Program-made: the position numbers and the translations under genes
The notes under the pieces: generated by a model
Told to the model about the DNA's origin: nothing
Database searches by the model: none
Seen by the model: the letters and a program-made list of their open reading frames with translations, nothing else
IMG/VR virus record: IMGVR_UViG_3300017913_002011
Location: 1 to 25,412 of that record
From: a virus
Taxonomy: Duplodnaviria > Caudoviricetes
Reading direction: 5' to 3' (one strand)
DNA length: 25,412 nucleotides
In this document: positions 17,192-25,196 of the stretch, one piece after another
Layout: the number at the start of each line of letters is the position of its first letter
Position numbering within the stretch: position 1 is the stretch's first letter

Positions 17192-18659
17192 TAATAACTA
17201 ATAGATCCATTTCAGTTTTATTGAACGTTTTTATCGCATCTTCAGGAGTTTCTACAATTGGCTCTTTGCAATTAAAACTTGTGTTGAGCAGCATAGGTAT
17301 GCCGGTCAAAAAGAAAAACTCTTCAATTAAATCATAGTAACGAGGATTCTGTTGACGGTTTACGGTTTGAATACGTGCAGTTCCATCAACATGAGTCACG
17401 CCTGGAATCTTATCAGATTTAACAGGCATAATTCTAGACATATATGGACTAGGTTGATTCGTATCAAAGAAATATCGATAGTGATCTTCAAGCACCGATG
17501 GCGCAAATGGTCTGAAGTCTTCTCTTTGTTTAATAGATCTATTGATTCTATCTTTTATTTCAGGATTACGAGGATCCGCTAAAATACTGCGATTTCCAAG
17601 TGCACGGTTACCGCTTTCACTTTTTCCTTGATACCATCCTACTATAGCTCCGTCTGATATAGCTTGCGCTACTTCTTTTAAATCGACCTTTTCATTTCCT
17701 TCATACTCATATTCATCACCGCTATACACGCTAATTTCTTGAATATTATTGTTAAGAGTATAATCTGCATGCATGTAAGTTCCGATTGACTGACCTTCAT
17801 CGCCTACTGCAGGAGGCACATGTACTTTACTATACGTTTTAGTAAATTCTTCATTCATGTATCCGTTATACGCAACACCTCCAGCAAGACATAAATTATC
17901 TGACGTTTTTAGAGGAAGAACATGTTCGTTAATTAATTCTTGAGTTGCGTATTGTAGAGTGTATGCAACATCTGCAGGAAGAAACTCATTAAGATCGTCT
18001 CTATGTTTCGGAGGAAACTCAAAGTTATTTTCTGAATAGTAATCTATAATAGAATGAACTTCAAATTGATACTTCCCGTAACCAGCTAATCCCATCAACT
18101 TTCCAGCACCTAGATGTCCGAAGCCTAAGTATTTTGCAAAGTAATTCCAAAGAATGCCTACACTCATTTTATGAGATAAGTCTTTAATATTACCTTCTTT
18201 GTCAATAAAGATGCAGTTATAATTCCAGCCACGCCCGTCAATAGCTAAAATGTCTGATTGTTCAAATCCAGAAGTGAGATATGCATATGCAGCATGAGAC
18301 TGATGATGATCAATATAATACACATTGTCTTTCATCTTATAATCCCAAAGCGTCTGAGGTTTAAAATCTAAAAAATCAGAATCAACTTCATGATTATCTG
18401 GAAGTAGCTGCATCCCTCCTACTGTAGTAGTAAACGCAAAAATCTCATGTGCTGAAGGATTCCAATACGTATTATAGAAATCAACCATAGCGCTATTGTC
18501 ACTCTGATTCATTTTTTCAAGTTCAGAATGATGTGGATACACGTCCATGTGCCATGGGATATTGTGTTTTAACCTGCTGTATCTTTCAACTTGATTATGT
18601 AACACGCCATCATAAGTATTTTGATCGTGTGGGCTTAGCGCTACACTAAAGATTTTCAT
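17160..18659 (-). CDS. Carbamoyltransferase, NodU/CmcH/TobZ family
   Basis: HD..., ERYSRLKH, DHHQSHAAYAY, IDGRG, GKLMGLAGYG, LAGGVAYN, GDEGQSIG, RALGNRSILADPR, KQREDFRPFAP, HVDGTARIQTV and LNTSFN motifs. Confidence 0.95.
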   Translation of the reverse strand: MKIFSVALSPHDQNTYDGVLHNQVERYSRLKHNIPWHMDVYPHHSELEKMNQSDNSAMVDFYNTYWNPSAHEIFAFTTTVGGMQLLPDNHEVDSDFLDFKPQTLWDYKMKDNVYYIDHHQSHAAYAYLTSGFEQSDILAIDGRGWNYNCIFIDKEGNIKDLSHKMSVGILWNYFAKYLGFGHLGAGKLMGLAGYGKYQFEVHSIIDYYSENNFEFPPKHRDDLNEFLPADVAYTLQYATQELINEHVLPLKTSDNLCLAGGVAYNGYMNEEFTKTYSKVHVPPAVGDEGQSIGTYMHADYTLNNNIQEISVYSGDEYEYEGNEKVDLKEVAQAISDGAIVGWYQGKSESGNRALGNRSILADPRNPEIKDRINRSIKQREDFRPFAPSVLEDHYRYFFDTNQPSPYMSRIMPVKSDKIPGVTHVDGTARIQTVNRQQNPRYYDLIEEFFFLTGIPMLLNTSFNCKEPIVETPEDAIKTFNKTEMDLLVINDYILRKVGK

Positions 18660-19389
18660 AGATAAAGTCCGCTATTAATTTATGACCGAGCTCGTTTGGA
18701 TGATGATCTCGATGTGACACCATTTTATGTACTTCTCTTCTAGGATTGGTTATATCTTGTACAGCATAACCTCCTAGTTTTTCCGTGCCTGGCCAGCCCA
18801 TAAAATATCTATCGTCTATTCGAGAAAAATATGGACTGTCTTGTATAGATCTTAGAATATTCTGTTCTTTATTTCTTCTAAGATGCATCATAGGATGTCC
18901 GTCTTCAATTTGAATTTCTCTGCAAAAATGTTCAAATAAACTAATCATTTGAACTTGCCTGTAAGGAATATCTAAACTTTTACAAATTTGCTGTAAGCTA
19001 TAATAATATCTATAGCTTCGAGCGATGAAGTACGGTATGTCTCCCTTAGTGTCATATCGTGAAGCTGTCCATGTTTGATTTGCACACCAGTTAACTCCAT
19101 TGGCTGCTATCTCACTCCAGTCTCTTCTTTCACTTTTAGACCATGCGGCGATAACCATGCCGATTTGTTCAGGGTAAAGTGACGCTATTCTATCTACAAT
19201 TCTGGCGTGTATATACTCATTGCCTTGTCCGCTGCGACCTAGATTAATAACTTTCATATTCAGCTTTTTTGCTAAAAGCTCAGGCCATTTCGGAAAATCA
19301 AACTTCATTTCAGGATGTATGTCTGATATAAAGTTTGGATCCGTCCAACTATCGCCTGAAGCTATCAGATATTTTTCCATAAAAATCAC
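18646..19389 (-). CDS. SGNH/GDSL-fold protein (esterase or O-acyltransferase)
   Basis: ASGDSWT (block I Ser), NLGRSGQGN (block II Gly) and C-terminal DHHPNELGH (block V). The start may be MEKY at 19380. Confidence 0.75.
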   Translation of the reverse strand: MIFMEKYLIASGDSWTDPNFISDIHPEMKFDFPKWPELLAKKLNMKVINLGRSGQGNEYIHARIVDRIASLYPEQIGMVIAAWSKSERRDWSEIAANGVNWCANQTWTASRYDTKGDIPYFIARSYRYYYSLQQICKSLDIPYRQVQMISLFEHFCREIQIEDGHPMMHLRRNKEQNILRSIQDSPYFSRIDDRYFMGWPGTEKLGGYAVQDITNPRREVHKMVSHRDHHPNELGHKLIADFIYENL

Positions 19390-20485
19390 TCCATGTCTTT
19401 CGCCACTCTACTTTTCTGTGTTTTGCTAGAGTATCTATATAAGCTATTCCTGCATTCAAATTTTTGCCGGGTGTGTTAAGTTCTGCTTTAATGAATTCAT
19501 AAGTCTTGCTTGGCAATACTTTAAATTCTTCTAAGTATTCATCTTTCATTTTTTGAGGCAAGTTTCTAACTGACAATATGACCGGTCTTTGCACAACGGC
19601 GTGACAATCTACTTCAATACCTAGATCATTATAGTGTTTGTATATTTGAAGAAGATCATCTACGTTTAATATACTCAAAGTCAAATTTAATTTCATTTTA
19701 AATCCTGCTGATATTAGTTCTGCAAGATTCCCCTCAAACTCTAATGTGTCAATAGGGTATCTAATAAAAGCAAGTTTCTCTCCATAATGATCGCAAGATA
19801 TTCCAAGAATTATGTCTTTAAATTTATCACGCAATTTATATAAGTCATTCTCTTTATACTCTATCTTAGTTAAATTAGTGTCAAATGAAATAGTAATATC
19901 TTTTGCTGAGCTATCGGGTATTTTTTCTAGAAGTTCCCATTGCTTTGGTAGTTGAAGCGGTTCACCTCCTGTTAAATGTATATGCTGCACTTTATCGATA
20001 TTATTAATAATATCTTCGACAGTTTTATTCCACCTGCTGTAATGTATATTTGTACCTTTTTCTCCAAAATGCTCGAGCCACTTTTCTTCGTGCGATTCTC
20101 CAAATATTTCTCTGTGCTCTTTTGTTTTTGTTGATGAGTTTTTAATGTTACACATATAGCAGGCTAAATTGCAGAAATTTGTGCCGATACGAAGTTTAAG
20201 AGATACTTTTGAATCATCTAAAACGCTCCCTTTATATCCTATAGCCTTGTGTCTCCAAGAATGCTTTCCGTGTTTTTCCATTTTCCAACACGCGTTGCAC
20301 TGAGGAATTTTTTCGCCAGCTAGCATTCTGTCACGTAGATCATTTAAAACATCACTATTCCAATACTCGAATGGAGTATATTCATTGACGCTTAAGTCCA
20401 TTTTAGTGGCATGGCAACAAAGTTTGTAATCTCCATTGTTGTCTGAATATATCTCAGAGAACGGTAGAGGACAATAGGTTTTCAT
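19349..20485 (-). CDS. Radical SAM protein with N-terminal twitch/SPASM-like domain
   Basis: N-terminal C5...C23C24...C63xxC66 (CPLPF, KLCC, CNAC), then CNLACYMC (C105/C109/C112), LTGGEP and FDTNLT. Confidence 0.9.
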   Translation of the reverse strand: MKTYCPLPFSEIYSDNNGDYKLCCHATKMDLSVNEYTPFEYWNSDVLNDLRDRMLAGEKIPQCNACWKMEKHGKHSWRHKAIGYKGSVLDDSKVSLKLRIGTNFCNLACYMCNIKNSSTKTKEHREIFGESHEEKWLEHFGEKGTNIHYSRWNKTVEDIINNIDKVQHIHLTGGEPLQLPKQWELLEKIPDSSAKDITISFDTNLTKIEYKENDLYKLRDKFKDIILGISCDHYGEKLAFIRYPIDTLEFEGNLAELISAGFKMKLNLTLSILNVDDLLQIYKHYNDLGIEVDCHAVVQRPVILSVRNLPQKMKDEYLEEFKVLPSKTYEFIKAELNTPGKNLNAGIAYIDTLAKHRKVEWRKTWSDFYGKISDSFRR

Positions 20486-21293
20486 TCATGATTTCCAGTA
20501 TCTTTGATGCTTTATAATTATTTCCAGGACTAATGTATTCAGTACATATCTTGCAATATTCTTCATACTCAAATAAATCAAAATTCATCATTTTATCTAC
20601 GTTTTCTTTTGTAACTTCGAATGTTCTAGATCCATTAATAACTTTCTTGCTGCAGTGTCTTATCTTTTGTAATTCAAAGTCAATAACTGGAACGGACGGA
20701 AACTTTGAACATATCTTTCTATCAATCTCAGCTGCTTGTTCTGTTACATCATATTCGGGTGACCTGGCGTTATAAACTTTCATAATAGTGTTATCATGGT
20801 CTACTATAGAAAGATCAAAGTTTTCTCTGTACTTGTAATAGTTTGGAGTCTTAATAATTAAGTTGTAGTTATTTTTGTCGTTAGCTTCGAAAAAATCAAA
20901 GTTTCCTAACTTTTCAATCCTATCTTCATGAAAATCAAGTACTAAGTGTTCAACATAATATATTGAAGGATCTTCTAATACTCGAGGATACCTCTTTCTC
21001 ACAAAAGAATTTGATAAGACTGACAAGATGAAGTTAGGATGCTTCTGAATTTCATCCATCACTTCATCTAAATTCTTAATTAGGCCGGGCTCTCCACCTA
21101 ATAAGTTAATTCGAGTCTTGTATGGAGATAAGCACTTTAGTGTCTTTCTAAGAAAATCCATATCTACATCTAGATTTCTCATTTCTAAAGTCCACGCTGT
21201 GCAATAGTAGCATGACTTATTACAAGACTTTGACAAATAAAAATCTACAGAAAGATATTCTGATCCATGTAAATCTTTGAGGCTTTTTATCAT
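20454..21293 (-). CDS. Radical SAM protein with C-terminal twitch-like Cys set
   Basis: CNKSCYYC (C24/C28/C31), LLGGEP, LSNS; C-terminal ICSK...RHCSK...YCKIC. Confidence 0.88.
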   Translation of the reverse strand: MIKSLKDLHGSEYLSVDFYLSKSCNKSCYYCTAWTLEMRNLDVDMDFLRKTLKCLSPYKTRINLLGGEPGLIKNLDEVMDEIQKHPNFILSVLSNSFVRKRYPRVLEDPSIYYVEHLVLDFHEDRIEKLGNFDFFEANDKNNYNLIIKTPNYYKYRENFDLSIVDHDNTIMKVYNARSPEYDVTEQAAEIDRKICSKFPSVPVIDFELQKIRHCSKKVINGSRTFEVTKENVDKMMNFDLFEYEEYCKICTEYISPGNNYKASKILEIMNENLLSSTVL

Positions 21294-21685
21294 GTAGATC
21301 TCACAAAATCTTTTCCATCTTTTTTTCTATTTAAAATTACTTCGCGCTTATGCTGAGGTGTGGATCTTTTGCGGCACACATGATAGCATGCAGCGAATCC
21401 ACGATTTTCTTTCAGGCCTTTGTAAAAGTCAATCCACTCGTCTGTTGTTAATATCTCATCTATTGTGTCATAGTCTGATATATTACTAGCCATTAACAAT
21501 TTTTGATAATTCATGTCTTGCCTGTTATATGCAGTATCGCACCAACAGCATGGGATCAGCTGACCAAGATTTGTGATACCAAAAGCCGGCTGTCGGTCGT
21601 CCATGCATTTAGCGTCAATTTCTACATTTTCTCGAGCATCTTTTTTATATTCTTCTACTTCTTTTTCAGTTGGATTTTTTCTCAT
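21290..21685 (-). CDS. Stand-alone SPASM/twitch-like Fe-S domain protein
   Basis: 131 aa with C27, GQLIPCCWC (C46/C47/C49) and CYHVC (C100/C104); own GAGG SD; ATGA overlaps on both sides. Confidence 0.72.
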   Translation of the reverse strand: MRKNPTEKEVEEYKKDARENVEIDAKCMDDRQPAFGITNLGQLIPCCWCDTAYNRQDMNYQKLLMASNISDYDTIDEILTTDEWIDFYKGLKENRGFAACYHVCRKRSTPQHKREVILNRKKDGKDFVRST

Positions 21686-22308
21686 GTCTTCCTCAAATCT
21701 AAACTATACTCAGGCTTTGTTGGCCTAAACGGATCATCGTCACCAAGCCAGCGAGATGAATGGACTAGCATAAATTCTACTCCGGCTTTTTCTGCCATAT
21801 CATATGCTTCTTCGATATGATCCTCATTATACTTAAACACAATATATTGCCATACTGGTTTTTGAACAAGATACTTTACAGCGTTGCACATAATTTTGTA
21901 TAGCTTTTCTCCATCTTGATTCTTACGATAAATATGACTTTCATGAGGTAAGCCATCAATACCAAACCACCAACGGGCTTTGTTGTTTGCCTTCCAAGCT
22001 TTTGGATACCAGTTCATAGGTTTTCCAGCTGAAGCGTGATGAACAGATACACTTGTCTTTGCTTCTCTAGTCATCTGTAGAAATTCAACAAACTTAGGGT
22101 GATGCACAGGATCTGAAACTTGTCCACAAAAATTTATATGTCTAAAATGATTAATCACTTTTTGAAAGTCTTCAACCAGCATATCTGCACCGGTTACTTT
22201 TAATCCTTTTGAAGTAAAAGACATAAATCTCTGGCACCTTTGGCACTCAAGCGGACACCTATGAGTAATGTCGATGTTTAATCCTTTTCTTGAAGCTATT
22301 TCATACAT
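21682..22308 (-). CDS. Radical SAM core-only protein
   Basis: IDITHRCPLECQRC (C18/C22/C25), FCGQVSDP, FGIDG, HIYR and WQYIVFKYNE motifs; 208 aa with no auxiliary domain. Confidence 0.85.
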   Translation of the reverse strand: MYEIASRKGLNIDITHRCPLECQRCQRFMSFTSKGLKVTGADMLVEDFQKVINHFRHINFCGQVSDPVHHPKFVEFLQMTREAKTSVSVHHASAGKPMNWYPKAWKANNKARWWFGIDGLPHESHIYRKNQDGEKLYKIMCNAVKYLVQKPVWQYIVFKYNEDHIEEAYDMAEKAGVEFMLVHSSRWLGDDDPFRPTKPEYSLDLRKT

Positions 22309-22697
22309 TAAAAATATTCCACGTTAACAGTTGTTCCGAATCTTTGTTTAAACTTTTCATGCATAAATTCATTAAAAGCAGAAATAATATATTCTTTTAC
22401 TTGATCTATGAGATCTGTGTTTGTTAGCCGGCTGAGCCGATGAAAGTCATCATCGCATTCATATGCTTTTTCCACAATGATCTTGTAAATCTCAGGGAAG
22501 TTAGAAACCTTTTCAGTGAATATGTATTTATCACCAATCAATTGCGATACTACTTCACATACTCTTTCTTCTTTACTAAAGTCGACTTCTAAATCTGCAA
22601 TATTTCCTAGATTATCTGTGACAAAAAATACATTTTGATCAGGCTCATAAACCAGATCTAAGCGCGATTGTGTTTGCAATTTTTTCAACTTCCTCAT
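22308..22697 (-). CDS. Hypothetical protein
   Basis: 129-aa ORF that fills the gap in the operon and is TAATG-coupled to the radical SAM gene; no recognised motif; start uncertain. Confidence 0.6.
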   Translation of the reverse strand: MRKLKKLQTQSRLDLVYEPDQNVFFVTDNLGNIADLEVDFSKEERVCEVVSQLIGDKYIFTEKVSNFPEIYKIIVEKAYECDDDFHRLSRLTNTDLIDQVKEYIISAFNEFMHEKFKQRFGTTVNVEYF

Positions 22698-23757
22698 CCT
22701 TTAACCATGCGTGAATAGGTAAAGACAAAATAGTGTCTGCTACCAGAGGTGCGTTAACACTTTCAGATCTCCATTTGTGTAGCTTAAACATAGAGTTATC
22801 TGAAATAGCTTTCTCGTAGTGTATACTTGGGCTAAAACCTAACTCGCTCTTAATCATATCCTTGATGAACTTGCGTGTTTCTTTGTCTTCAAATCTGACT
22901 GTATACTTGTGATAATTGTGGTTCAACCCTTCAGGCACTTTTTGAATAGTAACGGGTAAATCTTCAAAGACTTCATCATAGATCTTCGCAATCTCTTGCC
23001 TACGTGTCTGCCACTCTTCCATGCTTTTCATGCGGAAACTAATAATATCCGCGTTTGGTACAAACATCTTAGAGTTGCGGCCAAGCATTTCGAAGTCCTT
23101 ATCCTTACCGTGTCTACGTAGTTTACTTACCATGCGAGCCTGTTCCTCGTCATCAGTCATAAACATACCACCGCCGGAGATACCACCAATCACTTTATTA
23201 GCATTGAAGCTATATGAACTACAGTTACCAATAGTTCCGGCCTTTCTGCCGTTCAGACTCGAACCAAGTGATTGAGCAGAGTCTTCAATAAACACAATAT
23301 CATTTTGCTTACAGAATGCTTCAATGTCTGTAGTGTCGGTCATGTTACCAAACAGATGAGTATAGATTAGTGCTTTAACGCCGTTCTGTGTATTCTTAAA
23401 CTTTGCGTACTGTTGTACCATGTGCTTAAATGACATGTGATATGAGTCTAAGTCGATATCGACAAAGACTGGAGAAGCACCTACCATGCTAATACACGAT
23501 GCTGTTGACACCCAGGAAAAGTCAGATACCAGAACCTGGTCACCGATACCGATTCCATGACTCATTAATGAGAATTGTAATGCATCTGTAGCACTACCTA
23601 CAGCTACACAGTATTCTCGGCCTGTATATTCTTTTACTTGTTTTTCGAGATGCTCAGCGTTGCCTTCATATTCCTTTACCATCATTTGGTCAATGACAGA
23701 AGTGTAGTCGTCAATACGAGCTCTGTAGTCTCGATCCCATCCATTATATGCAATCAT
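22645..23757 (-). CDS. DegT/DnrJ/EryC1/StrS family PLP-dependent sugar aminotransferase
   Basis: VGSATDAL, GIGDQVLV, VGASPVFVDID, HLFGN, IEDSAQSLG, SFNANKVIGG (PLP Lys), RRHG and LSLPIH motifs. Confidence 0.95.
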   Translation of the reverse strand: MIAYNGWDRDYRARIDDYTSVIDQMMVKEYEGNAEHLEKQVKEYTGREYCVAVGSATDALQFSLMSHGIGIGDQVLVSDFSWVSTASCISMVGASPVFVDIDLDSYHMSFKHMVQQYAKFKNTQNGVKALIYTHLFGNMTDTTDIEAFCKQNDIVFIEDSAQSLGSSLNGRKAGTIGNCSSYSFNANKVIGGISGGGMFMTDDEEQARMVSKLRRHGKDKDFEMLGRNSKMFVPNADIISFRMKSMEEWQTRRQEIAKIYDEVFEDLPVTIQKVPEGLNHNYHKYTVRFEDKETRKFIKDMIKSELGFSPSIHYEKAISDNSMFKLHKWRSESVNAPLVADTILSLPIHAWLKDEEVEKIANTIALRSGL

Positions 23758-24590
23758 GATAATTCCTTCACTGCTTTCAATATTGGTTCAACATCTATAT
23801 CTATAACCGGTCTAGACCAGTAAATCTTACCACCGTCCTGTATATCGAACGGTCTCTTATACATCATATCCTTTCCATAGTACTTACATTCCTGTATTAG
23901 ACGAGGAGCAGGATCGAATATTTGCTTTGTGTACACGTATGTTTCAAATAGCCCTAATAAATTATCCACCGGTGCAAAAATATTTTTCAAAAAGGGGTTT
24001 ACAAACGGCTCATTATATGTTATAATAGAGTAGGATTTCAGGGAAGGGCAGTATAGTTCCGCAGCCTGATAATACTGTTTGTTTGTTCCTAATAGCAAAT
24101 GTTCGAATTGTACATCTGGTACAGGATCTTTGTAGATCGAAAAATTTACTCGTTTTTCAAAATGATGACCGTATCCATTAGGATATACTTCCGTGTCACA
24201 AAGATCTACGACAGCTGTAGGATTCCAAAACTCGAGCGCTTCATAATATTCTTTCGGATGATTCTCTGAGTAGACAGCAATTACTTTACCACCAAACAGA
24301 TCTCGTAGAGAAAACTGCGATTCATGATTGTAACGATCTAGATCTTTCCACGGAAGAGTCATGCAGCTTCTTCCCATGATAAGTATTACATCATTTGGCT
24401 CAGCAAAATATTCAAACTCTACGTTCTTACAATGTATATATTTTTTTGTGATTGAGTCAATATAATCCTTTACAGTAAACTTGTAATGTGGTATAATGAC
24501 TAATTTGACACCAAGATGAGAGGCGTACTCATAACTATAATATAGTAAACCATCACAAGGCTTGGCGGTGCAAGCTACAATCAAATCCAC
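23754..24590 (-). CDS. Hypothetical protein, possibly a divergent GT-B glycosyltransferase
   Basis: 278 aa. N-terminal CDGLLYYSYEY and C-terminal FETYVYTK..FDPAPRLIQECKYYGK loosely recall the GT-B E-x7-E region. Fold call is weak. Confidence 0.5.
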   Translation of the reverse strand: MDLIVACTAKPCDGLLYYSYEYASHLGVKLVIIPHYKFTVKDYIDSITKKYIHCKNVEFEYFAEPNDVILIMGRSCMTLPWKDLDRYNHESQFSLRDLFGGKVIAVYSENHPKEYYEALEFWNPTAVVDLCDTEVYPNGYGHHFEKRVNFSIYKDPVPDVQFEHLLLGTNKQYYQAAELYCPSLKSYSIITYNEPFVNPFLKNIFAPVDNLLGLFETYVYTKQIFDPAPRLIQECKYYGKDMMYKRPFDIQDGGKIYWSRPVIDIDVEPILKAVKELS

Positions 24591-25195
24591 TCAATAACCT
24601 CATCTTTTTCTGGTTTTTCTTCCGAACCTCTTAGCATTTTTGTTCTATCTCTATATCCTAAACTCATAACTAAATACACGACTTCATCGCCAACAAATGG
24701 TAATTTATCCCACTTGCTTGGTTCTCCTGGATAGCAATGCATGTAAGCTATATCGATATTTTCTTGTAAACAAAACGCTGAAAGAATCATAGCAAACATC
24801 CCAACTTCTAGGCCAAAATACTTAAGCATGTGCTCAGCTTTGTAATTAACTGGATCAAATTGCTCGAATGGCTGGCCAGCTTTAAAAGTCATTCTCGTAA
24901 TTTTTGATATTGGAAACGCCATGCGAGTGGTGAATATTAAATTATACGGCGCATAACAGTTTTTGTTGTGAAGGCAATTTGTGTGAGTACTTAACTTAAA
25001 TAGTTCTTCTCTATACTTATCATTTTCAGGCTCAGGTCCAATTACTTTTACAGAATAAGGGACAAGATTTTGCTTAGAAGGAACTAAATCAAGTGTCTGA
25101 TTAATTAATTTCTTAACCAGGTCTTTGTCCGGAAACTCTTCTTTCAAAAAATCTCTGACTTGTCTTCTATCTCTTAAAAGTCTATAAAAGTCCAT
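24581..25195 (-). CDS. Nitroreductase-family flavoprotein
   Basis: LRDRRQVRDF, VPSKQNLVPY, APYNLIF, EVGMFAMIL...QENIDIAY and MSLGY motifs. Confidence 0.8.
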   Translation of the reverse strand: MDFYRLLRDRRQVRDFLKEEFPDKDLVKKLINQTLDLVPSKQNLVPYSVKVIGPEPENDKYREELFKLSTHTNCLHNKNCYAPYNLIFTTRMAFPISKITRMTFKAGQPFEQFDPVNYKAEHMLKYFGLEVGMFAMILSAFCLQENIDIAYMHCYPGEPSKWDKLPFVGDEVVYLVMSLGYRDRTKMLRGSEEKPEKDEVIEWI

Positions 25196-25196
25196 G

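Noticed and set aside
19349-22697. RiPP cluster (radical SAM/SPASM peptide maturases)
   Set aside because: There is no intergenic space for a precursor peptide and no peptidase or transporter, and the neighbouring enzymes are sugar-directed. A precursor outside the window remains possible.
1348-23823. Numerous 60-158 aa alternative-frame and antisense ORFs in the track (e.g. 6303-6764, 8169-8645, 3988-4323, 21503-21820)
   Set aside because: They lie within or across well-supported genes, have no recognisable motifs, and are expected as shadows of biased codon usage.
4569-23975. Frequent ACCGGT/TCCGGT hexamers and apparently unavoided palindromes such as GATC
   Set aside because: Largely explained by Thr-Gly and Ser-Gly codon pairs; significance cannot be judged without a Markov-model count.
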